64,000 nt of DNA from an archaeon (GCA_018693315.1 JABHLR010000005.1:11975-75974); one strand, 5' to 3'; counted from the first letter of the stretch, positions 37,104 to 47,462 are shown. Translations and numbers: made by a program. Notes: generated by a model from the letters alone, not told the origin.

Positions 37104-38183
37104 TTAGCTTAAATCGTCTAGTCCGAGTTCGTTGACGCTGATTGTATCTTGATCGTCGAAGGAGCTTGTGTTTTTCCCTAGGATGTATGGCGACTTAACA
37201 CCTGTCATAATTGTAATGACTCTTACTCGTCCTTGGAATTCTTTGTTAACTCTTGCTCCGATGATTACCTGCGCTTCTGGGCTTAGGTTTTCAGTAACTA
37301 ATCTTCCGATACTATCGAATTCTTCAAGCTTTAAATCTGGTCCGCATGTGATGTGGACTAGTGCGCCTGTTGCGCCCCTATAATCTACATCCAATAGTGG
37401 ATGAGTTAGTGCTTGTTGAACTGCTGCGTCTACTCGTGCGTTTGAGTTATCTTCACCGATACCTATTACCGCTACATCTCCGTTCTTCATGATAGAAGAA
37501 ACGTCTGCATAGTCTAGGTTGATTAGGGAAGGTAGTGTGATTGTCTCAACGATACCTTTAATCATAGTGGATACTAGCTCGTTCGCAACTGCGAATGCTT
37601 GTTCCATTGGTAATTGTCCTGCGATGTCAACTAATCTATTATTGTCTAATACGATTACTGTGTCGACGACTTCTCTTAGCTCTTGTAGGCCGAACTCTGC
37701 TTTGTCGATTCTTGCTTTTTCTGCCTCGAAAGGCATTGTAACAACTGCGATAACTACTGCGCCTGCTTCTTTAGCTAATTGAGCAACTACTGGAATGGAT
37801 CCAGTTCCGGATCCTCCTCCCATACCAGCCAGAACGAAAACCATATCCGAATTCGAAACAGATTTCTTCAGGTCAGTAAGAGATTCTTTAGCAGCTTCTC
37901 GTCCCTTTTTAGGGTAGCCTCCACATCCTAAACCACGTGTAAGTTCCTTACCGATAAGGATCTTTTCGTCAGTTTTAGTAATGGATAGATGAAGTGCATC
38001 AGTGTTGATACCATAAATGGTAGCTCCGTTGATACCCTTGTTGAAAAGCCAGGTCGCCATGTTACATCCACATCCTCCGCATCCGAAAACCTTGATGTTG
38101 GCTTTACCAGCTTTAAGATCATCAAAATTAATTGAGTTTGCTTCCGCAGTTTGTATTGCTTCTTTTGCAAAATCTAATGGCAT
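37104..38183 (-). CDS. ftsZ: Cell division protein FtsZ
   Basis: GCGGCGCN, INTD, GMGGGSGTG, NLDYADV. Confidence 0.97.
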   Translation of the reverse strand: MPLDFAKEAIQTAEANSINFDDLKAGKANIKVFGCGGCGCNMATWLFNKGINGATIYGINTDALHLSITKTDEKILIGKELTRGLGCGGYPKKGREAAKESLTDLKKSVSNSDMVFVLAGMGGGSGTGSIPVVAQLAKEAGAVVIAVVTMPFEAEKARIDKAEFGLQELREVVDTVIVLDNNRLVDIAGQLPMEQAFAVANELVSTMIKGIVETITLPSLINLDYADVSSIMKNGDVAVIGIGEDNSNARVDAAVQQALTHPLLDVDYRGATGALVHITCGPDLKLEEFDSIGRLVTENLSPEAQVIIGARVNKEFQGRVRVITIMTGVKSPYILGKNTSSFDDQDTISVNELGLDDLS

Positions 38184-38288
38184 ATTCTCTTTTATTTAAA
38201 CCTCCTTTCAAGTGTTGAAATTGGATAGTAATATGGAGGCGTTTTTGTTTAAAAGAATATGTGTGGTGCGAAAACTATTTTGTAGGGG

Positions 38289-39425
38289 TTATGCGGCGAG
38301 AAGATGTCTTCGATTATGTGGGTGAGCGAGTCCTTCTAGGATATGTTGCTTTGTTGTTGTTCTCCATCGAATTCTTTGGTCTCCAGCTCCATAATAGATG
38401 TATATTTGATCGCCTTCTACAATCATTGCTGTTGGAAATGCCACGTCTTTAATTGTTTCTAGTCTTCCGCGTCCAGTCCTTTCTCTTAATCTGTCTTCTG
38501 GTTTCGGGGATAACAGCGCATCTCTTAGTCTTGCAGTTGCTACTGGTTCTGTTTGTCCAAGTTCAAAGAAGCTTCCGAAATATTGATACCAGTTTAAGAA
38601 TGGGCCTTCGGTTCCTATTACTCTATGGCAGGTTGCGATTTTTCTTCCATCGATGTCAATTGGCGGTCCACCCATTCCGATTTTTTGCCAGCCTTTTTCT
38701 GGGGTTAAAATAGTTCTGTCTTCGAGATTTGCGATTTCGTTTTCCCAATAATCTTTTCTGCGTAAATCGCTTTCATGTTCGAATGGATGGTATTGTATGC
38801 TTTCTGGGAATCTTCCGAAGAGACCTTTTTCTGTTGGGGTTGGATAGTAAAATGATGCGTCTTTGTTTGGGAGGAGCATATCACCCTTTCCGAATTTTTT
38901 GGCTATTTCTAGAAGTGGGGTCCATATTCTTCCGTAGTATGAATCTTTCCCAGCTATGTCTATGGCTCGTTTTAATGGGACCCGAGGTCCGGCGATTCCC
39001 TGATATTCTGCTTCTGTAAGTTCTGGGTCTGAGATGTAGTGTGCGATTCTTGGATCTTTTCCGTCGAATGAAATTGCTGCGATGTCTAGATTTCCGTCGG
39101 GTCTCATTACTGCTCTTGCGTCCTCTGTCCCAAATTTTGCGTAGTGATTGTCGGCTCCGATCAATACTCTGTATTCTTCGCTTAGTCTTGTTGGAGTTTC
39201 TAAGAATGTTGCGTAAACTTTTGAAATTTCATCTCTGGGGTTTCCGGACATTTTGCGGCCATCTCTGGGGACACGTGCACGGATTAACATAGGGTATCCT
39301 TTTCCTTCAATGTAGGTTGGTACGACCGATGGGTTGCATGAAATCTTGTTAGGGGTTTCTAGAATTCCGTCTCTATCAGTGGGCTCTCTTACGTCATCAT
39401 CGGGTGGTTCGTCCGAATCTTCCAT
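38289..39425 (-). CDS. GH130-like glycoside phosphorylase/hydrolase (beta-propeller)
   Basis: NPSV, GTEDAR, PNKDA, KIGMGGPPI, VAFPT..GDQIYIYYGAGD. Confidence 0.7.
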   Translation of the reverse strand: MEDSDEPPDDDVREPTDRDGILETPNKISCNPSVVPTYIEGKGYPMLIRARVPRDGRKMSGNPRDEISKVYATFLETPTRLSEEYRVLIGADNHYAKFGTEDARAVMRPDGNLDIAAISFDGKDPRIAHYISDPELTEAEYQGIAGPRVPLKRAIDIAGKDSYYGRIWTPLLEIAKKFGKGDMLLPNKDASFYYPTPTEKGLFGRFPESIQYHPFEHESDLRRKDYWENEIANLEDRTILTPEKGWQKIGMGGPPIDIDGRKIATCHRVIGTEGPFLNWYQYFGSFFELGQTEPVATARLRDALLSPKPEDRLRERTGRGRLETIKDVAFPTAMIVEGDQIYIYYGAGDQRIRWRTTTKQHILEGLAHPHNRRHLLAA

Positions 39426-39456
39426 ATTTTATATATGTGTTTTTTGTTTAAAAGCT

Positions 39457-40458
39457 TTATTGTTCTACAAAATCGCGTATATTTTGTTTGAATTTTTCGA
39501 GGTCTTTTGTTTGAATTTTCCCCCCTGCTGCCGAAGTGTGTCCTCCGGTTTTTGCGTTCTCTAGTCCTTTGATCCCTTCTCTGAGAATTCTCGATACATC
39601 TTTTTTTCTTGAGTGATTTCTTCCGCTTAGAGAAAGGCTTCCGTCTGCCCAGGGTATTACGAAAATGATTACGTCATCGGGGTTGTTTCTGCTAATTATG
39701 GCTGCGACTGGTTTTTTTATGTAGTAGTGTGGGTCGAGACAATATAGGTTTATGTTTCCGAGTTTTTCTTTTTTTGATTCGTATTCTTCTACGAATTTTT
39801 GAACCTCGTTTTCTACTGGTTCCGAATATTTTTTGAGTTGTGCTATCTCTTCTATTGAGTTTATTTCTTTCAGTATTTCAAATGCTTTATCTGGATCTTT
39901 GTTGAAGTATACGAGGGTGTTCGTTATTATGCTCGTTACGTTTTCCCGGAATTTGTCTAATGACATTCCGATTTCTTTTAGGAAGTTGTCTATGAATTCT
40001 TGGTTGATCGGGTGGAGATCTCCGGCATCTGCTATTGTTCCGGCGACGCTTAACCATTTTTTTATTTCTGTTAATTCTCCGACTGTTCTTGATGATGGGA
40101 TATATCCTTCGTCTACTGTTTGGTATGATAAGAGTTCTTTTGGGACTTCTTGTGCTTTTGGGTGATGATCTGTGTATAGGATTTCTTTATCTAGAGGGAG
40201 GTTGAGATATTCTACTCCTGATGGGGCTATGTCTGCTATTAGTATTTTGTCGAATTCTTCGAAACTTGTTTGGTCGTCCCATTCTTTGTAATCGAATGTG
40301 AAGTGTTTTGCTTCCACTCCTCTGTTTTTACACCAGTCGTAGAATAATATTCCTGATGCGAATCCGTCGAGGTCGTCGTGGTGAATTATTGCAACTTTGT
40401 CTTCGCTGGTGATATTATCTAAGAATTCTTTTGCTTGGTTGAAATTTATTTCTGGCAT
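39457..40458 (-). CDS. DHH/DHHA1 phosphoesterase (RecJ/NrnA-like)
   Basis: HHDDLDG, TDHH, GTIAD, SLSGR, GGHTSAAG. Confidence 0.9.
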   Translation of the reverse strand: MPEINFNQAKEFLDNITSEDKVAIIHHDDLDGFASGILFYDWCKNRGVEAKHFTFDYKEWDDQTSFEEFDKILIADIAPSGVEYLNLPLDKEILYTDHHPKAQEVPKELLSYQTVDEGYIPSSRTVGELTEIKKWLSVAGTIADAGDLHPINQEFIDNFLKEIGMSLDKFRENVTSIITNTLVYFNKDPDKAFEILKEINSIEEIAQLKKYSEPVENEVQKFVEEYESKKEKLGNINLYCLDPHYYIKKPVAAIISRNNPDDVIIFVIPWADGSLSLSGRNHSRKKDVSRILREGIKGLENAKTGGHTSAAGGKIQTKDLEKFKQNIRDFVEQ

Positions 40459-40778
40459 TTTAGTGCGGCGTATTTTAGCTTTATATTTTTAATGGTTGTT
40501 TTGGAGAGGATTAGAGCTTCTTGTTCTAGATCTTTTGATTCTTCTTTTTCTGTCATGTATATTATTTTAAAATCTTTTCCGAATCTTTCGTCTGGTTTTC
40601 CGTCGCCGTTTTCGTCAATGACTTCGAGGAGTTCGGTGTCGTACCATACCCATGCTGTGGGGATTAGTGTTGCGAGTGAGGCTTTGTTTTTTTTGAAGAG
40701 TGCTTTGACTTCTTGAGTTGCGTAGATTTCGGTTCTGAATCTTCCGAGAGTTAGCTCGCCGATTTTTGAGGGTTTCAT
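40446..40778 (-). CDS. Hypothetical protein
   Basis: ORF with upstream TATA (TTTAAA); overlaps the DHH gene start. Confidence 0.55.
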   Translation of the reverse strand: MKPSKIGELTLGRFRTEIYATQEVKALFKKNKASLATLIPTAWVWYDTELLEVIDENGDGKPDERFGKDFKIIYMTEKEESKDLEQEALILSKTTIKNIKLKYAALKCQK

Positions 40779-40830
40779 ATATATTATTTAATATACACTT
40801 GTTTAAAAACTTTCATTGTTGGGTTAAATA

Positions 40831-41124
40831 ATGAAAGTTTTGCATTTTAGGGATTTTAATTGCGAGGGTATTGGTGGAGACGGAAAGTCTTTTCTTGAAG
40901 GAGAGGATAGGGAGCCTGTATCTGTAGCTGTTTTTGAAGACCTTAGTTCCGTTCCTATTGTTTGTGGGTATTATGATCCAGAGACTGAAAATTGCGTGGA
41001 CAATAGAGCCTGTCCACATGTTCGTGACCCTATAGAGTTCCCACTTAAGTCTGATCCAAATTATTTAGATAGAATTGAAGCTGGACTCGCTGCGACTAGG
41101 ATCTCAGTGAGATCTTGGAGCTGA
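40831..41124 (+). CDS. Hypothetical protein (Cys-containing)
   Basis: Upstream TTTAAAA TATA; fills the gap up to the gatA stop. Confidence 0.5.
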   Translation: MKVLHFRDFNCEGIGGDGKSFLEGEDREPVSVAVFEDLSSVPIVCGYYDPETENCVDNRACPHVRDPIEFPLKSDPNYLDRIEAGLAATRISVRSWS

Positions 41125-41126
41125 TT

Positions 41127-42458
41127 TTATTCAAAGTCTTTGGCGAGTTTAAAGATTAGTTCTTCTTGGAAATGTGGTGCCATAATTTGGAGTCCGATGC
41201 CGCCGTTCCATTGCCCTTCGATAGGTAGAGAGATTGCCGGGATGCCTGCTATGTTTGCTAATGCTGTTAGGATGTCGTAGGAATACATTTCTTTGTCTGA
41301 GATTGATTCTCCTATTTTGTGTGGTTTTCGTGGAACTGTTGGCATGATGATTGCGTCGACTTCTTGGAATATTTTTTCGAATTGTTTTTTGACGAAGCTT
41401 CTTGCCCGTAGTGCTTCTTTGTAAAATCTTCCTTCGTGTTCGGCCTTTGTTATTTCTGAACCCCCAAGAATTCTTTTGATAACTTCTGGGCCTGCGGCGT
41501 CTTCTATTTTTTTACCAAATCTTCTACCGTCGAATTTTCTCGTTGCTGAAAAGAATTCTGTGAAGACGATTATGAAATAAGTTTCTAGTGCGATGCCCAA
41601 TGGTAGGTTTACTTTTTTTATTTTCCAGTTGTTTTTCTTCGCGATTTCTTTTGTTTTTTCTTCGATTGCGTTTGCTATTTCTTCGTTGCAGAAATCTTTG
41701 ACGTTGACTAATCCGATTATTCCTTTCTTTGTTGGTTTTGATTTTGGCGCGTCTTTTGTTGTTTGATCGAAGTTATCTTGGCCTTTGATTATGTTGAAAA
41801 TTAGTTTTGCGTCCTCGGCTGAGTTTGCTAGTGGGCCTATGCAGTCGAAGGACATGCACATGTCGATTAGGCCGTAACGTGATACTGCACCGTATGTTGG
41901 TTTTAGTCCTGTGACGCCGCAGTGTGATGCTGGGACTCGGATTGATCCGCCCGTGTCTGAGCCTAGTGCGAAATCGCAAAGTTCTTCTGCGACTGCTGCT
42001 GCCGAGCCTGAGGATGAGCCGCCGGGAATTAGTTCTGGGTTTCTAGGATTTTTAGTTGGACCGAATGCTGAAGTTTCTCCTGACCATCCGCATGCGAATT
42101 CGTCCATGTTGACTCCACCTAAGAGTATTGCGTCTTCGGCTAGGAGTTTGTTGATGACTGTTGCGTTGTATGGAGAGGTGTAGTCTTCGAGTACTTTTGA
42201 TGCGCATGTTGTTTTTTGATGTTTTACCGAGATGTTTGATTTAATGGCGAAGCATAGTCCTGCAAGTTTTCCTGCTGTTCCTTTTTTGATTCGTTTGTCG
42301 ATTTCTTTTGCCTGGTCGATTGCGTCTTCGTTTAGGTTTAGGAAAATGTTTAGGTCTTTTGTTTTTGGGGTTGAGATTTTTTTGGAGAAGTTCATTAGGT
42401 TTTCAACTGCTGTTAGTTTACCTTCTTTGATTTGTTTTAGTTTTGTTTTTAGAGTCAT
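41127..42458 (-). CDS. gatA: Asp/Glu-tRNA amidotransferase subunit A
   Basis: IKSNI, NMDEFA, PGGSSSGSAAAVA, LGSDTGGSIRVPA, RKFDGRRFG, EVIKRILGG. Confidence 0.93.
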   Translation of the reverse strand: MTLKTKLKQIKEGKLTAVENLMNFSKKISTPKTKDLNIFLNLNEDAIDQAKEIDKRIKKGTAGKLAGLCFAIKSNISVKHQKTTCASKVLEDYTSPYNATVINKLLAEDAILLGGVNMDEFACGWSGETSAFGPTKNPRNPELIPGGSSSGSAAAVAEELCDFALGSDTGGSIRVPASHCGVTGLKPTYGAVSRYGLIDMCMSFDCIGPLANSAEDAKLIFNIIKGQDNFDQTTKDAPKSKPTKKGIIGLVNVKDFCNEEIANAIEEKTKEIAKKNNWKIKKVNLPLGIALETYFIIVFTEFFSATRKFDGRRFGKKIEDAAGPEVIKRILGGSEITKAEHEGRFYKEALRARSFVKKQFEKIFQEVDAIIMPTVPRKPHKIGESISDKEMYSYDILTALANIAGIPAISLPIEGQWNGGIGLQIMAPHFQEELIFKLAKDFE

Positions 42459-43198
42459 AGTAATTCTTCCAATGGTTTTAATTTAGTATTTAGTGGGATT
42501 TCTTCTGTTATAACTTTTCCATTTGATTTGTATAGCTTGTATGCTTTTGCTTTTTTTGAAGAAGTGATTATACGGTATTTGTCATCAATAATTTCTATAG
42601 CAGTACGGTTTTCTAGTGCGATTGCTGAACCGCCGTATTTCTTTATCATTCTTTTAAGAGATGACTGTCTTGATTTTTCTGCGTTATAGTGAGGGCAAAC
42701 CATTAGGTCTACGAAGTCAAGTCCTTTCAGTTTTATTAATTTTTTATTCTTGGATGGTCCAAATCTCATTGAGTCGGAGTTTCCATATTTCATCCAACAG
42801 ATTGCGCCTGCGCTTATTCCTGAGAGAACTATATCTTTTTTGGCTGCCTTTTCAAGTATCTTATCGACTCCGAGTTTTCTCCATGTTTTTAGCATTCGGA
42901 GTGTGTTCCCTCCGCCAACGTAAATTATATCAGAATTTAAAATTTTATTTTCAATTTCTTTTTTTGTGTAATTTTCTTTTAGCAGGTATAGTGCGTCTGT
43001 TTTGCATCCTAGCTTCTCTCCGTAGTATTTTTTAACAACATCATAATAAGACTCAGAGTCGCTACTTGCAGTTGGAATGAATAGAACTCTTGGGTGCTTC
43101 TTCCCAGTTAGTTTTATTATTTCTTGATCTATTTTTTTTGTTTCAATTTTTGTTCCAGGTCTTCCTATCTCTCCGCCACCAATTGCTACTAGTTTCAT
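42455..43198 (-). CDS. pepE: Peptidase E (family S51)
   Basis: AIGGG, FIPTAS, IYVGGGNT, GISAGA nucleophile elbow, CPHY. Confidence 0.9.
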   Translation of the reverse strand: MKLVAIGGGEIGRPGTKIETKKIDQEIIKLTGKKHPRVLFIPTASSDSESYYDVVKKYYGEKLGCKTDALYLLKENYTKKEIENKILNSDIIYVGGGNTLRMLKTWRKLGVDKILEKAAKKDIVLSGISAGAICWMKYGNSDSMRFGPSKNKKLIKLKGLDFVDLMVCPHYNAEKSRQSSLKRMIKKYGGSAIALENRTAIEIIDDKYRIITSSKKAKAYKLYKSNGKVITEEIPLNTKLKPLEELL

Positions 43199-43815
43199 TT
43201 GATATCTCCTTTTTCGATTAGGAATTTTATATTTGGTGCAACGTTGTGTTTGCCTTGTTTTATCTCTTCGATGTCTAGCCAGATTACTTCTTTAGTAGGT
43301 GCGATTGGTTTTATTTCGTCTGGATTTTTTAATTTTGCGAGATAGTGTATTAGTAGGATCGCCATTTTTTCTTCGGTTTGTGGATTTTTCCAAATGATCA
43401 TTGGATGGAGCGGTTTAATTATTTCGATATTAGCGTTGTTTTCCTCTCTTGCTTCTCGGTAGCATGATTCTTCCAAGTCTTCTGTTCCTGGCGCAACAGA
43501 GCCTCCAGGGATTTTATAGAAGTCATCTTTTCCATCCTTGTTTACTAATAATTTTCCGTCTTGAATAATAACTGGTCCGGTGGCTACGATTGATTTTATG
43601 TTTAGTTTTGCTATTCGCTTGTCGAATTCCTTGAAGATGCTGTTTAGAATAAGTGTTGTAGCTTTTCCTTCTAGTTTTGTACTAAAATCATTATCCTCTA
43701 TCATTCCGTTTTTGCTCATGCTTCTTGCAAGGCTTAATTTTTCTTCTAGGATGTTTGATAATTGTAGATCTAGTTCTTTCATTTTTGATTCTTGTTCATC
43801 GTTCATTTTTTCCAC
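43195..43815 (-). CDS. NUDIX hydrolase with helical N-terminal extension
   Basis: PGG.....EDLEESCYREAREE Nudix box. Confidence 0.8.
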   Translation of the reverse strand: MEKMNDEQESKMKELDLQLSNILEEKLSLARSMSKNGMIEDNDFSTKLEGKATTLILNSIFKEFDKRIAKLNIKSIVATGPVIIQDGKLLVNKDGKDDFYKIPGGSVAPGTEDLEESCYREAREENNANIEIIKPLHPMIIWKNPQTEEKMAILLIHYLAKLKNPDEIKPIAPTKEVIWLDIEEIKQGKHNVAPNIKFLIEKGDIK

Positions 43816-44066
43816 GCTCCTTTTTCTGCTACGATTGCGTCGTCTTTTGCGAATGGCGCGTTTGATAATGTGGTGCTTCGGAATTCTGGATCGGTGTTCC
43901 AGCCTTCGCCTTCTTCTCTTGTTCCTGTTTCGTTTTCGAAGTGGCCTTCTGGAGCTTTTATTTTAGATAATTTTGATGCAAATTCATTTAGGAGCTTCTT
44001 TGAGTCCTTTCGGATTTGTTCTTTTTCTTTCTCGGTGACCTCGTGCCATGTGAAGTTTTTTGTCAT
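43803..44066 (-). CDS. gatC: Amidotransferase subunit C
   Basis: 87 aa; helical N-part, TRE.., LSNAP..DDAIVAEKGAW; upstream of gatA. Confidence 0.8.
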   Translation of the reverse strand: MTKNFTWHEVTEKEKEQIRKDSKKLLNEFASKLSKIKAPEGHFENETGTREEGEGWNTDPEFRSTTLSNAPFAKDDAIVAEKGAWKK

Positions 44067-44116
44067 ATAGGATAGTATTTGGAAATGTTTATAATGTTTT
44101 GGTTGTTGGTTATTTT

Positions 44117-44455
44117 ATGAGTGATGACTGTGTGTTTTGTAAGATTGTGAAAGGCGAGATTCCGGCTGAAGTGTTTTTGGCGAATGATGAATTTATTGTG
44201 ATTTTGGATGCGAACCCGAAAGTTGAAGGGCATATGTTGGTGATTCCGAAAGAGCATTATGATAATTTTATGGATTTGCCGTCGGGGATGTATGAGAAGT
44301 TTTTGTCGACTGCGAAGGATGCTATTGAGAAGTTGGGCGTGAAAGATTTTAATTTGATTGTGAATAATGGAAAGGATGCGGGGCAGGTTGTTGGTCATTT
44401 GCATTTGCATATTTTGCCTAGAAAAGATGGTGATGGGTTTGAGATTGGGGCTTAG
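44117..44455 (+). CDS. HIT family hydrolase
   Basis: DCVFCKIVKGEIP, GHMLVIPKEH, AGQVVGHLHLHILPR. Confidence 0.93.
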   Translation: MSDDCVFCKIVKGEIPAEVFLANDEFIVILDANPKVEGHMLVIPKEHYDNFMDLPSGMYEKFLSTAKDAIEKLGVKDFNLIVNNGKDAGQVVGHLHLHILPRKDGDGFEIGA

Positions 44456-44457
44456 AG

Positions 44458-45843
44458 TTATTTCTTTTTCTTTTTTGGAACATCTGTTTTTATGTGAACG
44501 TCTTTGAGTTGTTGTGTCGATAAAGTTGATGGTGCTTCTGTCATTAGGTCTCGCGCTTCTTTGTTTTTTGGGAATGCGATTGTTTCCCTGATTGATTCTG
44601 CGCCTAATATGATTTGTACCAATCTGTCAAGTCCCCATGCGATTCCGCCGTGAGGTGGTGCTCCAAATTTTAGTGCGTCTAGTAGGAATCCGAATTTTTC
44701 TTTTTGTTCTTTTTCTCCGATTCCTAAAACTTCGAATACTTTTTTCTGGACATCCTCTTCGTGGATTCTGATTGATCCTCCACCGATTTCTGTTCCGTTT
44801 AACACGATGTCGTAAGCGATTGATTTTGCTGACTCTGGATCTTTGTTGAATGATTCCATTTCTGGGTGTGTGAATGGATGATGTGTTGCGATCATTTTTC
44901 CTTTACCTTCTGATTTGTCGAATGCGGGGAAATCTACCACCCAGCAGAATGCGAATTCTTTTGGATCGTCTTTGTTTTTTCTTAGGTCTGGTCTGTCTAT
45001 GTTGTATTTTTTCATTGCGTCATCATATTGAATTCTTTGGAATGGGATTTTGATGTCGACGTTTAAGATTTCTTTCCAGATTTTTTTAAGAAGTTTTTCT
45101 GTTAGTGCTATGATGTCGTCTTGAGATGCGAATGACATTTCGATGTCGAGTTGTGTGAATTCTGGTTGTCGATCTGATCTTAGATCTTCGTCTCGGAAGC
45201 ATCTTGCGATTTGGAAATATTTTTCGAAGCCTGCTACCATTAGAAGTTGTTTGAATAGTTGTGGGGATTGTGGAAGTGCGAAGAATTTTCCTGGCTGTGT
45301 TCTTGAAGGTACGACGTAATCTCGTGCGCCTTCCGGTGTCGATTTTCCTAGGATTGGTGTTTCGAATTCGTTGAAGCCTTCTTCGTATAATGTGTCTCGG
45401 ATGATTCTGATTATTTGGCTTCTTAGGACTAGGTTTTTTTGCATCTCTGGTCTTCTTAAATCTAGATATCTATATTTTAGCCTGGTGTCCTCGTTTAGTT
45501 CATCGTTGTCGATGTCGAATGGTAATGGCGGGCATTTTGTGTAAATTTCTAGTTCTGAGATTTTTATTTCGACTGTTCCGGCTGGAGAGTCTTTGTTTTG
45601 TGTTCCTTCAGGCCTTGGTTTTACTTCGCCTGCTAATCTTACCGAGGATTCTTTGGAAAGTGATTTTGCTATTGCAAAGTTTGTTTCGTCTTTTGCTGTT
45701 GTCAGTGTTTGAACTGTTCCGGTGATGTCTCGGATTTCTAAGAAGATTAGTTTTCCGTGTTCCCTGATTGTGTCGATCCAACCTTTGATTTCTACCTGTT
45801 TTCCTTCCATTGATGGGAGATCTTTGATCATTGTTCTTTCCAT
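44458..45843 (-). CDS. aspS: Aspartyl-tRNA synthetase, bacterial-type, without GAD insertion, probably non-discriminating
   Basis: RLKYRYLDLRR, STPEGARDY, ALPQSPQLFKQLLM, CFRDEDLRSDRQPEFTQLD, HHPFT, GAPPHGGIAWGLDR. Confidence 0.95.
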   Translation of the reverse strand: MERTMIKDLPSMEGKQVEIKGWIDTIREHGKLIFLEIRDITGTVQTLTTAKDETNFAIAKSLSKESSVRLAGEVKPRPEGTQNKDSPAGTVEIKISELEIYTKCPPLPFDIDNDELNEDTRLKYRYLDLRRPEMQKNLVLRSQIIRIIRDTLYEEGFNEFETPILGKSTPEGARDYVVPSRTQPGKFFALPQSPQLFKQLLMVAGFEKYFQIARCFRDEDLRSDRQPEFTQLDIEMSFASQDDIIALTEKLLKKIWKEILNVDIKIPFQRIQYDDAMKKYNIDRPDLRKNKDDPKEFAFCWVVDFPAFDKSEGKGKMIATHHPFTHPEMESFNKDPESAKSIAYDIVLNGTEIGGGSIRIHEEDVQKKVFEVLGIGEKEQKEKFGFLLDALKFGAPPHGGIAWGLDRLVQIILGAESIRETIAFPKNKEARDLMTEAPSTLSTQQLKDVHIKTDVPKKKKK

Positions 45844-45914
45844 GTTGATTAATGTTAATCGGGGTTTTTAAAATTGTGGGAAGGGTTTTTATAGTGAAAA
45901 GTTTTTGTGGTGTT

Positions 45915-46076
45915 ATGGAAAGTAAGAGGAATATGTTTTGGACTGCTGCTTTGTCTGGTGCTGTCGGTGCTGGGTTTGGTTCTGTTTCGGGTTCGAATAG
46001 TGTTGTTGTGACTTTTATTGTCGGAGCTGTTATTGCGTTTTTGATTGCTTGGGGAATTTCTGGGTTTTTTAAATAA
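45915..46076 (+). CDS. Small 2-TM membrane protein
   Basis: Hydrophobic, Gly-rich; TATA TTTTATA upstream. Confidence 0.55.
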   Translation: MESKRNMFWTAALSGAVGAGFGSVSGSNSVVVTFIVGAVIAFLIAWGISGFFK

Positions 46077-47462
46077 TTATAATAATTCTTTTAGAATGTC
46101 TGCGACTTCTTTTCCTGAGACTTGGCCCTTGAATTTTCCCATGAGCAATCCCATATATGCTCCTTGAGATAATCCAGGTTTTTCATTGATTATTTTTTCA
46201 GCTTCGGATTTTAAGTTGATGTCTGATTTTTTCATTGCTTCTTTTAGGGATTTTCCTTGAGATATTTTTTGCATTATGTTTTTTATGTCGTTCTCTGAAA
46301 TTTTTCCTTCTTTGGTTTTTTGGAGGATTTCTTCTAACTTATCTATTAAAACTGGTTTGTCAGTTTGGAATAGTGTTAACATTTTTGCGATTAGGTTTGG
46401 ATTGTTGTGTTCTTGAATTAGAACCTTGAAATCTTCGACTTTGTTTTTCTTTAGAATTAGTTTCATTAGTTCTGGGTTGAGTCCGAATTTGTCGAGGTAA
46501 GATCTGTGTTCGGATGCTAGTTTTGGTAAATTCTTTTTTGTTTCGTTGATTAGTTCTCTTGAGATTTTTAGTAAAGGGACGTCGGTTTCTGGATACATTC
46601 TTGCTGCGCCAGGCATTGGTCTTTGGAATTTTGATGTGCCGTCTGGCAGTGCGCCTCGAACTTCTTTTTGGCAGGATTTCTTTTTAATGCATTCTTGTTG
46701 TCTTTCGATTTCTTTGTCGACTGTTGTGATCATCATTTTTGGATCCTGGAATCCTTTGATTTCTACTCGCTTGCTTCCTTTGATTGAGATGTTTACGTCT
46801 TGACGGATTGTTCCAATTCCTCTTTTGACTTTGCAGGCTCGTAGGATTTCTCCGATTTTCAAGGCGGCTTCTTTGATTTCTTCTGGTGTGTGCATGTGTG
46901 GGCCCGTTGCGATTTCTACCATTGCGAATCCTAGTCTGTCTAGCTTGTAGGTTTTTGAGTTTTCATTTTCTGATACTGGTCTTGCCGAGTCTTCTTCGAG
47001 CATGACTGCGTCGATTGCGATTTTGCCCGATGAGATTTCGATGTAGCCGTCGTGTGCGATTAGTGCTGTTCGCTGGAAGCCTGTTGTGTTTGATCCGTCT
47101 ACTACGGTTTTTCGCATGATTTGTGCGACTGGGAAAATTTTGCAGTTTAATAGGTGGGCTATTTGGAGTGTGATTTTTAGGGCTTCTTGGTTTATGTTGT
47201 GCGGCGGTTCTTCGTCTAGTTCTACCAGGCAGTTTGTGTCGAAAACTTGGTATGTGAAGTTTTTGTTTTGTGTTGCTTCGTGCGCGACTGCTACGTCTAT
47301 CTCGCCCGTTTCGCCGACGACTGGATTTAGTGTTCTTTGGATTTCGTATGATGGTTCGTCGGTTCTAAGGAGGCTTGGGCATTCGCAGAATAGCTTGTGG
47401 GTGTCGAGCTGCTGGTGGATTTCTAGCCCTGATTTTAGTCCGAGTTTTTTGTAGTCTTTCAT
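46077..47462 (-). CDS. gatE: Glu-tRNA(Gln) amidotransferase subunit E (shortened)
   Basis: GLEIHQQL..KLFC, DEEPPH, MRKTVVDGSNTTGFQRT, RGIGTIRQDVN, RPMPGAARMYPETD. Confidence 0.93.
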   Translation of the reverse strand: MKDYKKLGLKSGLEIHQQLDTHKLFCECPSLLRTDEPSYEIQRTLNPVVGETGEIDVAVAHEATQNKNFTYQVFDTNCLVELDEEPPHNINQEALKITLQIAHLLNCKIFPVAQIMRKTVVDGSNTTGFQRTALIAHDGYIEISSGKIAIDAVMLEEDSARPVSENENSKTYKLDRLGFAMVEIATGPHMHTPEEIKEAALKIGEILRACKVKRGIGTIRQDVNISIKGSKRVEIKGFQDPKMMITTVDKEIERQQECIKKKSCQKEVRGALPDGTSKFQRPMPGAARMYPETDVPLLKISRELINETKKNLPKLASEHRSYLDKFGLNPELMKLILKKNKVEDFKVLIQEHNNPNLIAKMLTLFQTDKPVLIDKLEEILQKTKEGKISENDIKNIMQKISQGKSLKEAMKKSDINLKSEAEKIINEKPGLSQGAYMGLLMGKFKGQVSGKEVADILKELL

